Positions 12,113-27,100 of a stretch of 64,000 nucleotides of DNA are shown piece by piece (the stretch's first letter is position 1; each line of letters starts with the position of its first letter). A model generated the notes under the pieces. That model was given only the letters and a program-made list of their open reading frames with translations. It made no database searches and was not told the origin of the DNA. The DNA is from Octopus sinensis (taxonomy: Eukaryota), in NCBI RefSeq assembly GCF_006345805.1, contig NC_043006.1:29016001-29080000 (forward strand), read 5' to 3'. The position numbers and the translations under genes were made by a program.

Positions 12113-15100
12113 ATTTGCATTCAACAAGGCTAATAGTTCCCTGAGCTTTCTTCACCCAGTTCCTATTCTTGCAACTATAGTTTCAAAACCACCTTCACTA
12201 CTATTCAAGCCTCTCAGGTAACTGAAACTGTCTACTACCTCTAAGGATCCTCCTCATCATTCAAGAGAATCTATCTAGAATTTCTTAGTATTTATTATTC
12301 CTGTGCATCTTCCACTTGCAAAGTTTACTTTCACTGTTAACCTTCTTGTGATTCTAATACATCTCTTATATGTCAACACTTTACACTGGGCACATTGTAT
12401 GATAATCCTACCTATAACTTTTCTACCTATCAAGCAGGGTTAGCATCACTGTACATGACTTGATTGGCTTTCACCACCACTGTTCTAGCATTTCAACAAT
12501 TTCACTCAACTTATTTTCATTGTGCCTTCTTTAAGTGTGATTGTTCTAAGGTAGAGGACTGGTTGGGAAAAGTGTGTTTATAGTATCTAAAATGAAGATT
12601 TATGCAGATATTTGCTAAAAAGCAGAGAGCTCTTGCACATGTCTAAATAATTACCACAAGTAAAATTGGTCAGTAAATTACCAACAAATTCCCAAATCCT
12701 CAAGGCAAAAAAAAAAAAATTGTGGGGAGAAGTTACTTAGACTAAATAACTCCATGACCTCTTCAATGACATGCTCTCTTCACTCCAAGTCAGCTTCCAG
12801 TTTATCTTTTAGTTTTAGACTTAACATTTATGTAAGTTGTATGGATGTGAATGGGAATATATGTGAGAGGGGAAGAAGAGAGAAGTAGATGTTGGACAGT
12901 AAACAATCTATTTCTTTATATCTTTATTGCTTTTGTCTTTATGACTGGATGGTGTGTTGATGTTTGTGCATGTGTATCATATGTCCTGTTGTGTCACTTG
13001 TTTATTGGATAGCATGGATTGAATTACAGTCCAGTCACAGATTGCCTCACACATGCATCCTAATTATGTGCTTAATAGTGCAGTAGCAGTAGTGATGTAG
13101 TCTCTACATTTTAACCATATATTTCTTATTTAGTTACAGTGTCCAGTGTTTGAGAGTAAATTTGAATATTTGTTGTAATGATGCATCATATAAATTTATT
13201 CTATTCAGCATGCTGATTGAGTATTGATGTCAGTTTCTTTTCATTGTACTCATGCCAATACTTAACCATTTTTTTCTGCTAAACTTCCAGAAGCCTCACC
13301 AATTTATACTGTGGTTAAGTTCATAAATTCACCCTCCATACATTTTTAATGGTTGACTACATTTCTGCTTTTACAGTTAATCCTAGGGTTAAATATACAC
13401 ACAACACAATCCTTATCTGTATATATGGTTCTATCAAAGATAGAACAGATAAGCAAAGCACATGAAGGAAGTACGTTTTGCATATTTGTGACCTAATGAA
13501 TTTCTTTGGTTTCTCTACAACTTCAATTTTAATTTTTAGCATCATTAAGTCCATTCCTAAATCTACAGGCTAATTCTCCATTTAGTGTAGCTTCTACAAG
13601 CATTATCTTCCTTGAAACTTGTCTGTGTTGTACTATGTGCTTATGTTTCTTCTTACAAATTCTTTATACCCTGTTCCATTGTTTATTACTATATTTAGGA
13701 CAAGTTGCATTAGTGTCCTTATATCATCTAACATTTCTTTACCTTCTTGTATACCTTGATCCTGTCTCTCTGGTTGTAGCCTGAGAATGGTAGGCAGTCC
13801 ATAAATCCCTGTGCATATTTCTTTACTTAACAGGGTTTATGCAAGGGGATACATTATTCATTATCTTAACTAAATCTGCAGAGTATGTTTTAATGTTGCA
13901 CCACTTAAATGCCCTGAAGCCAGGGCTGCCTGACTGGCACATAAAAAGCACTATTTGAGCGTAATCAATGCCAGTGCCGCCTGACTGGTACCCATGCCGG
14001 TGTCATGTACAAAACACTAATTCAAGTGTGACCAATGCCAGTGCCACCTGACTGGCATGTAAAAAGCACCATTCAAATGTGGTGTTAATGCTAGTGCCCC
14101 CTCTGACTGGCTCCCGTGTTAGTGGCACGTAAAAGCACCCACTACGCTGTCAGAGCGGTTGGCATTAGAAAGGATGTCCAGCTGTAGAAACTCTGCCAGA
14201 TCAGATTGGAGCCTGGTGCAGCCTCCCAGCTTGCCAGTTCTCGGTCAAACCATCCAACCCATGCCAGAATGGAAAGTGGACATTAAACGGCAATGATGAT
14301 GATAATATAGACAAGGCAAAAAAAAAAAGTAATAAATCTTTTCTTGGGGAGATTTGCAAGCAAATATTTTCTCACATATGTAATATAATGAGTTGAAGAA
14401 CTGAGACAATTCATGCAATTAGTACTTAGTAGATCCCTCTAAGAGTGGTTACAATCTAAAAACAGCAAGAGAAATGACTCAATAATAGTAGCTAATTAAG
14501 ATATTTTGAAAATAGTGATAATGCAGACAGGAGTGGATCTTATCTTTTAAAGTTAATTGATTCAGTTGATTGAAATTTTAAAGTCACTAAATTGTTAATG
14601 TCATATGTGTGTATTTAATATGCAGAATGCCTGCACAGCATTGACCCTTACCTCAAAATCAGAAAGAAGATTGGATGGAGCCTACACTCACATGCTAAGA
14701 ATAGCTTTGAATGTCATCTGGGGAGGTTGTCTGACCACTGAATGACTGTATAAGAATCTTTGTCCAGTATCGGACATCATCAAAGAACATCAGATTTGCA
14801 GGACATTACTGGAGAGCTTAAGATGAAATTGATTGAAGTTCTTTTGTGAGATCCTACACAAGGAAAAGCTAGTAGGGGACGACAAGCCAAGACCTATATT
14901 ATGCAGATTTGTGATGGCATAAGCTGCAATCCCTCAGACCTGCTGAATATCCTGAACAATAGAATTAGGTGGTGACAGCCTCATGGGAATCTATGCTAGC
15001 AGTACGACCAGATGAGGATTAGTGTTCTCATGGTCATAATTTACATACGTATAACCCATGCCAGCGTGGACAATGGATGTTAAATGATGATGTTCTAATG

Positions 15101-18100
15101 ACTGAAATTTACATGTGTTGTCAGGATATATAAGTGTTTTGTTGATTTTAATTTACAGAAATGTTTTGTTTGTATCGTATGTAAGTGTCTTCATCATCAT
15201 AATTTACATAAGTGTGCTGATGAATCAGTAATTTAAATGTCAGTTTGACTACAGTTTACATGAAAGATTTTAGAAATAGTTTTGTAGTATCTAATTTCTT
15301 GGTATGTGTGTTTGTAAATCATTGTTAACCAGTTATTTGGCTTTTGTTTTTTTTCTTTTTTTTACGTGTAATCCAAGATATTTGTGTTTGCCCAGCAGTC
15401 ACCAACTTATCAGGCTGAAGTATTTTCTGACTCTATAATAGAATCTTAATCTTGGGGATGTGGTTGTATAAACATTATGTAGCTGATACTGCATGAGTGC
15501 TTATCAGAGCTTGTGAGGACCAGCATTTACATTTGTACAGATATCTTTATACTGAAGTTCATTTTGGAATTATGATTTACAGTTCAATCCCACTTTGGTC
15601 ATGTGTCTTTTACTATAACTTCTGACTAATATAATCCTTCTGTGAAAAATTGGATGGACAAAAACTGTGTGCTAGTTTGTCACAATGACTTGGATCATTG
15701 AGTGCTTTAGCAGAGCCTACTGTGTTTCTAGCATTTAGTCTGTCTGATGATAGCTCTGTATTTTGATGGCTTTCCTCCTACTGTAGCAGTTTTTGTCGTG
15801 GTTTCTTCCTCTTTTTTCCTCATCAAGTCTTAACAATGAGCCTACCTTCTCTAAGTTATAAAATGGTGATATATTTGCATTTAAGACCACAAAATACTAA
15901 TCTAATGGGATAACAATGAGTTTAGAAGCTGGTGTTTTGTATGTTTTCCATCACTAAGGCATCTCTCAAATGACCCTATTCACCTAACTATGAATAGGTA
16001 TAATAGGGTTGGAACAACTTCCCCGGTAAGCAGTAATAGCACTGTAAAATTGTGTTTTGTTAGTTCTCTGTAGGGAGTTCAACTCCTTTATTATACCTTG
16101 AAAGAATGGGCTAAACACAATTAGCTTAAATACTCTGCACAACAGTTCCCATCAGTTCTTATGGACCCCTAGGTCCATGAGCAGAGCTAAAAATTTGTTG
16201 AGTAAACAGACCCTGCAAAAACCATGGGTAAAATCTTTTAAATGTAAAGAGTCCTTGGTTGTGAAAAGGTTGGTAATTATTGTATTGCATAGACAATTGT
16301 ATCTTTAAAATGTACTAGATCCCAGATTTAGGGACACAATATAACAATAGCAACAAGCTTCAAATCCTTGACCTTAAACCATTCTGTATGCTTTCTTATT
16401 TCATTTTAGCTAAGTTTTTCTGACTGGTTATTTTATATTTTTCAGATTCACTTTGAAAACATTGGTGCTGAAGATATTGTTGATGGCAATCATCGGCTTA
16501 TTCTTGGACTTATTTGGACAATCATCCTTAGATTTCAAATTCAAGAAATTGTAGAATTTGTGGTATGTATCACAGAAACTTTTTACTCACAATAAAAATT
16601 AAAAAATCCTAGCAATGTTATAAATTGAGTCTCTGTAATTTTGTGACATTCATGTCTTTCCCCCTAAGTCATTAGCAGCATAATTAGAACATTTCAACTG
16701 GGAATCAAAACTTGACATGGACTAAGATTTTATACTCAGTTGCTCATCACAAATTCTTCATAAATACTGGCTGGTAGATTTTTTTTTTTACAGAATTCTT
16801 TGTTTCATGAATATTTATCAAAAATTATTTTCATGGTTTGTTGGAGTAATGTTATGTAATGGCAGTTGTTATGGGTTAGACAAAGGAATCAGCAAATAAC
16901 AACACACCTGTATAATTCAATTATGTATTGAGAAAGAAATATTAAAACTCACATGGAAGACAGCACAAAGCTGTTATAATATATTTGAGCCCACGGCCCA
17001 AAGCCATCACAAAAATATTAGAGTTCAAAGCACAGAGTTGTTACAAATAGATTTGAGTCAGTCTTTGTTGATTGCAAATCCAGTGTTGGAATTATGAAGT
17101 CGCATGTTCCAAATTCTCGATATGCCAGCCAAAACAAAATCAAGGTCACTCTTTTTATCTTCTTGTGTTGTTGTTTACTGTTTTGGTTTCATTTGCAGTA
17201 GTGAGCCCAAGGAATGATAGTGATATCAAATACAGGAGAAGAAAGACAGAATGATGCTATCATTCTGCCTTTCATTTTAGCAGCGGCGGAGAAAGATAAA
17301 ATAACATTTTCCATTGAAATGTGAGCTAGTGAAAATTGTATCAATCATCCCTGGTCGTCTTCATTTCATCAATTAACCTTGTAGTCATCTCTTTCACCAA
17401 CTAACTTATCCTTGCAAGATTTTAGTATTTATAATTATTGCAGAACAGTGAGAAAGAGAGACATATCTCTGAGAACAATGGGGAAAACTGCTGAGAGTAA
17501 TTCTTTGTCTCATTTTGACCTTTTGTGGTATAGAAGAGGTCAAGAAGTTCAAATGAGAAAACACATAAATTGGTTTGGCATAGGGTAAGAGGAATTTCTA
17601 TAGATTCAGGTTCGAATTTATATGCCCAAATGAAATCCACTATATTACCTCCCATGGAAAACATACTCGTTAAACAGTAATGTAATACTTGTAGCATGAT
17701 GATATTCTGATCAGCTCCTGAATCATTTTCCACCAAATGATATTTCATTCTTCTCAAAGATTTATAGGGAACTGGCCCCCGTGCCGGTGGCACGTAAAAA
17801 CACCATCCGTTCGTGGCTGTTTGCCAGCTCTGTCTGGCACCTGTGCAGGTGGCACGTAAAAAGCACCCACTACACTCACAGAGTGGTTGGTGTTAGGAAG
17901 GGCATCCAGCTGTAGAAACACTGCCAAATCTGACTGGGCCTGATGAAGCCTTCCGGCTTCACAGACCCCAGGTAAACCGTCCAACCCATGCTAGCATGGA
18001 AAACGGACGTTAAACGATGATGATGATGAATCGTAACTGATTTTTCTAAGTTGCTATTTGAACAATCTGTTTTTCAAGATTCACCAGCTTTGTATAAAAC

Positions 18101-21100
18101 CAGCTGGCTCTATATTAAGCAGTGTTGCTGGAGATAGCCAATTCAATACCCGATGATGATGATGATGATGAGTTGGAGCAATGACTAATAAATTATACTG
18201 ATTATAGTCAAAAGTGAGCATTTATCATTTTATGATAGGTGGCATGTGTAAAAAGATTCGAGCGAGGTCGTTGCCAGTACCACCTGACTGGCCCCCGTGC
18301 CAGTGGCACGTAAAAAGCACCCACTGCACTCTCGGAGTGGTTGGCATTAGGAAGGGCATCCAACTGTAGAAACTCTGCCAGATCAAGATTGGAGCCTGGT
18401 GCAGCCATCTGGTTCGCCAGCTCTCAGTCAAAATCGTCCAACCCATGCTAGCATGGAAAGCGGACGTTAAATGATGATGATGATGATGACTGCACTGATC
18501 CAGTTTAGTTAAAAGTATGTCCTTCTCTGCCAGATAAACTGTTTAATAACTTATGGTCTTATGTACTTATGTCTCCAACAGCACTAAATCACAGTGCCAT
18601 TGTTTTAGACATTAATAAGTTAAGAAGTTTATTATTAGAATTATAGTTGTTATTGGTATTGGAGCAATGGGTACCAGCATGTGGGACTAAATGCATATAA
18701 ATAAATTTGTCTTCATTCTCAGTTTAAAATTTGGCATTTGTTTTTCATCTCTTTAAGGTCAGTACTAGTTATATAGTGGAGCTGATTAAAAATGATTGAA
18801 TAACTTTCTTTGAGTGGTCTTCTGTCCAGTGTGAGATATCAATATTATTATTAAGACAGTGATGAGAGTGGAAAGCCATACTAAATCATCATCATCGTCA
18901 TGTAACATCCATTTTTCATACCAATATGAGTTGGACAGTTCAACAGGAACTGAGGAGTTAGAAGACGGCACTAACCTCTGCTATCTTCTTTGGCATGGTT
19001 TTTATGGCTGGATGCCCTTCCTAATACTGACCACTTTACAAAGGGTAGTGGGTGCTTTTTGCATGGCACCAGTAGCAGTGAAGTCATCCAGTAACATACA
19101 AAACAAGACCCCCTCATCTAAGGTGGGGGAGTTGTATTGAGGGACAGAAATAGGTGATGGCTGTGATGATGCATACGCCCAAGATTCTGGAACGTGTGTA
19201 TAACAAAGTGGACCAGGGATTGGAGAAGCTGAGTGGGTGGGTAAGTTTGTGAGAATTTGAAAAAGTGCAAGAAGGAGGGGGGAGGTAATGTAGTGAATGG
19301 GCAGAGAGAGAGGGTATTAGGAGGATATGTTGTGTAGAAGATTTTACAGGGTCCTATTGTGTTTACAAAGGGGGTGGAAGATAGAGGAGGAGAGAAATAC
19401 AGCAGGTAGGGAATGTGGGTAGGGAGAGATGTTGGGAAGGTGGGTTGTGAAGGAGGGGCTTGTCAGGGAACAGATTGTGTGTGTGGTGGTGGGGTGGGGG
19501 TGGGGAGCATGGCCATAAGTAAAATGAAGTCTTCAATTTTGTTTTAGCTGGACAGGTCTCCTCAAACACAGCAAACTACCAACTGTATTGATCCTTTATC
19601 ATCTCCTTTCTGATGCTTAGCATCTGAAGATCATTTATCAACACTCCATCCTCTAAATGACTTGCAATGTTTAGTCATGCCTGAATATGTTTTGAACTGC
19701 AATCTTGCAGATTTTAATTTCACACCCCACCCTCTTTTGTTTTAATAAAATATGTATAAGCTAAGTGTTAGGATGATTAAGTTCCCATTTTAGCATCAAA
19801 CCCTTATTTGATACAATTAATATTTTTAAAAGATTTTATTTGGCTGTGTGGTAAGTAGCTTGTTTACCAACCACATGGTTCCGGTTTCAGTCGCACTGCG
19901 TGGCACCTTGGGCAAGTGTCTTCTACTATAGCCTCGGGCCGACCAAAGCCTTGTGAGTGGATTTGGTAGACGGAAACTGAAAGAAGCCCGTTGTATATTT
20001 GTATATATATATGCGTGTGTGTGTTTGTCCCCCTAGCATTGCTTGACAACCGATGCTGGTGTGTTTATGTCCCCGTTACTAAGCGGTTCAGCAAAAGAGA
20101 CTGGGCTTTCAAAAGAATAAGTCCCGGGGTTGAGTTGCTCGATTAAAGGTGGTGCTCCAGCATGGCCACAGTCAAATGACTGAAACAAGTAAAAGAGTAA
20201 AGAGTAGGTCATCAGGTACAAAATTCTGACAATTTTGACTTTACCTAAGTTTACCTTGGTATGCTACTTGATGAGCTTGATTATAGAGTTTTCATGTTGG
20301 TTTAGTACAGTTCTGATTAGATAATGGAAAACCTAGGTAAGTGAACTTATCAAAGAAGGCAAAGAATTGGGAAAATGCTTTGACTATTAGAAACGAAAAA
20401 GAAAAACGTTTCTCCTAAGACCGACAGCAAAGAAAAAAATATTTGAAAAACATTCTTAATGATGTGTCTGGGGAGAGTCATACTGTCTTTAATGCCTTAT
20501 CTAACACACCAGTTCAATTTCTACTTATTTATTATTTCTGTTTTTCCTTCCAAATTTTTTGTTGCTTTTGCAACCTTGTCAAGGGATGTTGACTCTGTCT
20601 CATTCTTAATGATGCTATATAGCAAATAATAGTGTTAACTCCACCTCCCTATCCTTCTTAAGCTAACCTTTTATTTAATCTATTTTTAATTAAATTTACA
20701 TTAACAAATAAATTGCAATTTTAGTTAATTCTATTGTTAAATATATTTACTGTATTTTTAATATGATTTCATCAAATATATTTCGTATTTTCTATAGTAT
20801 ATTTTGTATTTTCTATAGTATTGTCACAGTCAGAATAATATTCTTGTCATTTGATACTTTAACATAGTTTAATTAGTTCTGTGCAGAACTGATGCTTTAT
20901 AGAGTCTTCTGAACTTATTTGTTGTGATGAACATTCACTTATTCAGCTATTAAAGGATTAACTGTGAAAATCAGCTTTGGCTCCTGTAATCCTATTCAAG
21001 GCTTTTTGTACAACTCAAGAGTACTGCATGTATTTTGAATTATAACTGTTTCCTTTATAAACCATAAGCTAGTAACTCGCTAATAAAAAGGTTTTCAATA

Positions 21101-24100
21101 AATAATTGCACTTTTTCTGTCGGTTTCTTTTTTATTATTTTCTTATAATGCATAAATTATATATTCATTGTATATATCTTTTATTTGCTCTACTCTATAA
21201 TAATCATTTTATTAAATAAAATAAGCATTAATGTCTGATTTTTTGTTTGTTTGTTTTTCTTTTTTGTTCATCTTTTCAGGAAGATGATGATGGAGACCGT
21301 GAAAAAAAGTCGGCAAAGGATGCATTATTACTTTGGTGTCAAAGGAAAACAGATGGGTAAGAGCATTTGAAGTAAATACATAGATGTTTTTTAATCAGGA
21401 AAATGTTAAGGGTTACATAAAAAAATATCAGATATATAGATTATTTAATAAAATTTATAAATATACCTTATTTTGCTTAGTACTTCTGTCATTTTATTCA
21501 TATATTTTTAATCAAACATATTTTGCTAAAGATAAGTATTTGTTTCTTTATAAGAATGGCCTACAGAAAATTATGGCAAATCTCATTTCATATGGTTCTT
21601 CTAAAATGTAAGTTACTCAGAATATATGCTAAAAACAATCTTGAAGCTTGCTGTCTGCTTTGACATGGTGTCTGTAGTTGAATACCCTTTCTAACAACAA
21701 CAATTTTACTGAGTGGACTGCTTTTTATATGGTACCAACACCAGCGAGGTCACCATATAACTTGGAAGACAAAGTCCCTCATCTGAGAAGGGAAGTGGAA
21801 TTGAGTGAGGTGGCTTTGTGCTAGGTGATGAGAAGTTAAACTATGATAGCTGGTTGGAAACGTGTCTTGCTGTAGAGATGCAAGGCTGCCTTTGCTGAAG
21901 GGAAGGAAGGAGGGAGGGAGAGAGAGAGATGGTGGCAGTGTACCAGGACTTACCTTCAAGGTAGAAGAAGGTGAATGTAAATGGAGTAGTAGAGGATAGG
22001 GAGTTCATAGGAGTGTAAAAGGGGAAAGGAGAATGAAAGAGGAATGCAATGAGTAATGAAACATAAGTATACGAGGGAGTGACAGAACAGCAATAATGCA
22101 GTTGGTAGGAGGGGGGATGAGAGAGAGATGACAGAGTGGTGTGGCCTGCAGGAGTGCGTGGGGAGAGACGAGTATAGTGCATGAAGAGATGTAGTTTGGT
22201 TAATTGAGTTGGGCATGAATTTTATGTGTGGGTGGAATACACAGGTCTTTCAGAAGTCAGTGGGTTTTCTCAAGAACTTCATATTGCCAGATATCTCAGT
22301 TCCTTGTCATCTCCTCTGAGATACCTAACATCTTGAGATTAACTTTTACCACTTCATTCCATGTCTTCTTGGATCTCCCTTCCACAGGTACCATCCATTT
22401 TAAGCAACCAGCATGTTTATATACAACTGTCTTCATTCATATGCAACCACATATCCAAACCATCATAGTCTTTTCTCTTGTATGCTACATCTAATTCTTC
22501 TTATGCCCAGCTATTTTCTTGAAACATTTGTACTTTGTCAAACATGTACACTGATGTTGCACATCAATCAAGATTTACAGTGAAACACCTCTCTCTCTCA
22601 GTGTGAAAAGCAGATTGTATGATGCTTGTATATGAATGGCTACACTCCATGATAGCGAGACATGGATCCTGTATGTTGAGGGCATGCAAAGACTGGAGAG
22701 GAATGAAGCTTGTAAATCCTGATTGATGTGCAACATCAGCGTACATGTTTGACAAAGTACAAATGTTTCAAGAGAAAAGGTGCATGGCTCAGTGGTCAGA
22801 GTGCTGGACTCACAATCATAAGGTAAGGAGTTCAATTCCCAGACTGGGTTGTGTGTTGCATTCATGAGCAAAGCATTTTATTTCACGCTACTCCAGTTCA
22901 CCCATCTGTAGAAATGAGTTGCAACGTCACTAGTGCGAAGCTGTATCAGCCTTTCCCTGTCCTTTGGATAACATTAGTGGCATGAAGACTTGTGCCTCAG
23001 ATGCTAACTTTCTAGGTGTAATCCCATAGTCATTCATGACCAAAGGGGGTCTTTATCCTTTACCCTTTTATATATATATATGTATTTGTGTGTCTGTATT
23101 TGTTCCCTACCACCAGTTGACAAGCAGTGTTGGTTTGTTTACATCCTTGTAACTGAGCATTCAGCAAAAAGTGACTGAAAGAATAAGTACCAGACTTTCA
23201 GAAAATAAGTTCTGATGTTGATTGGTTTGATTTTCCCCTTCAAGGTAGTGCCCTACCATGGTTGCATTCCAATGGCTGAAACAGGTAAAACATAAAAGAT
23301 ACCCAAGTAACTGACTGGTTCTTTATTGTTTTGACCCCAGAAGTATGTAAAGTGAAGTTGAATGCATTGTAATTTGAAGAGTTGATATTTTGCTTCTGGG
23401 CTGTCAACCTGCCACTTATATATATTCAACCTTACCTGAAATACTGTCACCTCACAGGAATACTATGATTTCAAATGGCTTAGATTAACATGCTAGGTAA
23501 TCTGCTGTGCCTGACACCTGATTTTTTTTTTTCTCTCATTTTCTTCTGACTTTTCATTGTTGGAGGATCCACTTCATGCAAAACACTGTCTTCTGCTAAA
23601 CTATTTAGATTTTGCTTAAATGAAAATTTTGGTGGAACAAATGAAGGTATATACTATCTAGAAATTTCTGGACAATGTTTATGTAGTGCCAACAATGTAT
23701 TCAGGAATATGTTATGTTAATTCCCAATGAATTAATAAACAGAACAAAATTTGATTTTCTTCTTTGTCAACTAAGTTATTCAACTATTTCTATGAAATTA
23801 AAATCAAGTTATAATAGAAATAGTATTATTATTGTATATTAGTCCATAGCCCATTGCTTTATGAAAGGCATAGATAATATACTGTTTCAGCAAAATGTAG
23901 CTGTATATTTAAAAATGAAAGAAATGGAATATTTCATTTTTCTATTTGGTTTCGTGAGATTCTTGATCTAAAAATTGGGAATAAAATTTATAACACTTTT
24001 TACTTTCATGATTTTTATGTGCAACAATATATACATGCTCTCCTGGGTGCTGTATCAAAGAATTCCCAATGCTGCACTTAGCTTAAAATAACATTTGTTG

Positions 24101-24152
24101 TGACAAACAGCATGTCTTGGCCATCTAAACTTTGCAGAGCTACCCTGCTGTC

Positions 24153-24186
<34 letters not shown>

Positions 24187-27100
24187 CGGATGGGGGGAGG
24201 GAGTGTCAGTTAATACTTTATATACTGATCCCAAAATAACTGAAAAGCGAACTTGACTTTATTGGGACTTGAACTAGTGCAGAGGGTTGGAGCAAAAGTT
24301 GTCAGGCTTTTTATCCAATACTCTAATGACTCTTCCAAATTGCCATTTTATACACATACACACACACACACACATTGCATGCACACATATAAAGTGATAA
24401 ATGTATTACAGATCGATCACTATGTTGATAAGATAGGTTGCTAAATAGGTGAGATCAACAATTTAGCTACAGTATGTGAGAGACAGATCAAGAAGTTTTT
24501 AATACAAAAGGTTATTACATTATTCTAATTGCAATATATTTCCTTTTCAGATACCCTGGTGTACATATTGAAAATTTCACCTCTTCTTGGCGCAATGGCT
24601 TGGGTTTTAATGCCCTTATTCATGCTCATCGGTAAATTTGGTTCTACTTCTAAAAACATTTTTTTTTTTTCTTTTTGTCTTGCAAGCACTTGGTGGCTCT
24701 GTCAGTGCAGGGGCCACTTAAAAGCACTCAGTCGACACTGTAAAGTGGTTGGCATTTGTAAGGGCATCCAGCTGTAAAAACCTTTCCAAAACTTGTGCCA
24801 CGTAAAAAGCACTAAGTCCACTCTGCTGAGTGGTTGGTGTTAGGAAGGACATCCAGCTGTAAAAATCCCGCTAAAACAGTTACTGAAGTTTGGTGCAGGC
24901 TTCTTCCTGGCCAGCTCTTGTCAAACCATCCAACCCATGCCAGCATGGAAGGCATATGATAAATAATGATGATGATATTTTAGTCTAAAGAAGAGCATTA
25001 GTATCTCTTATTTTTAAGTGTCTTTTAAAGTTGGGCATGGTAAATAACTGGGAAAGTTAATGTTTGCAAATGTTTTAATCAATGTGATATTCCATCTGTA
25101 ACTGTATGTTTACCCTTTCGTTACCAACCTGGCTGAAACCGGCTCTGGCTTTGTAGTACAAATGTCTTGTTTTCAAAGTTCTAAATTAAAATCTTCCACC
25201 AAACCTTACTCAAAATTTAAGTTCTTAAAACTAGCTTCATAATAACTAAGTTATTTTACTTAATTATTTGTTATATTTAAAGTAATTGAAAGAAACAAGG
25301 AGCATCTCAAAATAAATACAGTAATGAAAGGGTTAATTGTTTGCTTTTGCTTTGATTAAAGCTTATTTAATTAGCTGAAGTTGGAGAAAATTTAAGGTTT
25401 GCATTAAACCAAATGATTATAATTTATTTGAAATATATCAATCTATAAAGTTATATTGGATTAATATATTTGAATAAATGAGGTAATTGTCTCGTTAGGA
25501 TCATTCAAAAAGTAGGTATTAATGTTGTAATTTTAGATTCTGTTTCCTATAAATGTGAAACTTCATCCTTACACAATACCTTGTGTTCAGGACAGAGTTT
25601 GTATGTGATAGCTAAATCTGTCAATGAAGCAGCCAAATATCACTCAAACTACTTAATATCTTTATGAAAATACATTTTTGTAAAAACAATATGGCCACAG
25701 CTAGAATACTGACAGAATGTTTCTTAAATTGGCTTCTTGTAAATTGTGCATATCCAAATAAAATTAATGAAGTTTACTCAAGAACAATAGTAACAATCAT
25801 CTTAAATTCCTTCTCCAAGTGTTTTTCCTTGTCTTCATCTTTATTATTATTTTCAATTTTCCCAAGGCGGCGAGCTGGCAGAAATGTTAGCATGCCGGGC
25901 GAAATGCTTAGCGGTATTTCGTCTGCTGTTACGTTGTGAGTTCAAATTCCACCAAGGTCGGCTTTGCCTTTCATCCTTTCGGGGTCGATAAATTAAGTAC
26001 CAGTTACGCACTGGGGTCGATGTAATCGACTTAATACCTATGTCTGCCCTTGTTTGTCCCCTCTGTGTTTAGCCCCTCGTGGGTAATAAAGAAATAGGTA
26101 TTTCACCCATCACTATGTTCTGAGTTCAAATTCCACTGAGGTTGACTTTGCCTTTCATCCTTTTGGGATCGATAAAATAAGTATCAGTCGAACACTGGAG
26201 TTGATGTAATTGACTCATCCCCACCTCTCCAAAGCTGCCCTTGTAGCAAAAATTTGAAATATTTATTTTTCAATTTTCCAGCCCCGAGTTGATTGCTTAT
26301 GAAGAACTAATACCATCTGAACACATACCAAATCTGAACAATGCTTTTAATGTGGCAAAGAACATGGGCATCCCCAAAATGTTGGATGCTGAAGGTTAGT
26401 TATTTGTAACTTAATATTATTTTGTTGTAGCATACTGGAAAACCTTTCCTCAAAGAAGCACATAGACTTCTTATACTCTGGGTATTGAATCTTTGTGGGG
26501 TGTTTTTTTTTTCACTAATGTTTGTGCATAATCTGATGAAATGAGAAATGCTGCTTCACACTGTTAGACATTTCTTGTTTCTCATCATGTTTACATTCTT
26601 TCTATTTCATTGCTATAACTTTTTTTTATGTAGGTATTTTTTTTTCTTAGTTGAAAATATTTATTGGAATATAACATGTATGTATATGATACATATATAA
26701 TACAAAACCACATTAAAATACAAATCCAAAACCAAAGAAAACACGAACATGAACATATTAGCGAAAAGAGACAGAGAGAAAAAAGGAAAAAGAGGAAAAA
26801 AGAAAAAGAAAAAAATCATTTCAACACCAAGTACCTCAAATGGTCATACACCTATAACTGTTCGTTGTATTTTGAAGTAAAACATGGGATAGCTGTAATG
26901 GGCTGTTTGATGTTGGCTTATTCAGAACAAACAAGTTGTACACAGTATACTGCAAAGTGAATACTAAAAATTAATGGATTTAGTTAGAATTTTATAGATA
27001 TGATTACATCTGTTGTGAGAACTATTATTGGTATTTTATATCATTACTTTCATAAATGAGAAGAATTAAAGTTGAAACTGTCTTTGCTGGAATTTTTAAT

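Noticed and set aside
13910-14130. Regularly spaced GCCAGTGCC..CTGACTGG repeats as a CRISPR or regulatory array
   Set aside because: They are tandem subrepeats of the RTE 3' region and recur at ~32590-32830 and ~50575-50750.
17422-17793. 123-aa minus-strand ORF as a nested gene, or a + strand cassette exon after TTGCAG at ~17444
   Set aside because: The start lies in a repeat and there is no recognisable domain; the + strand phase-0 reading hits TGA after 16 codons.
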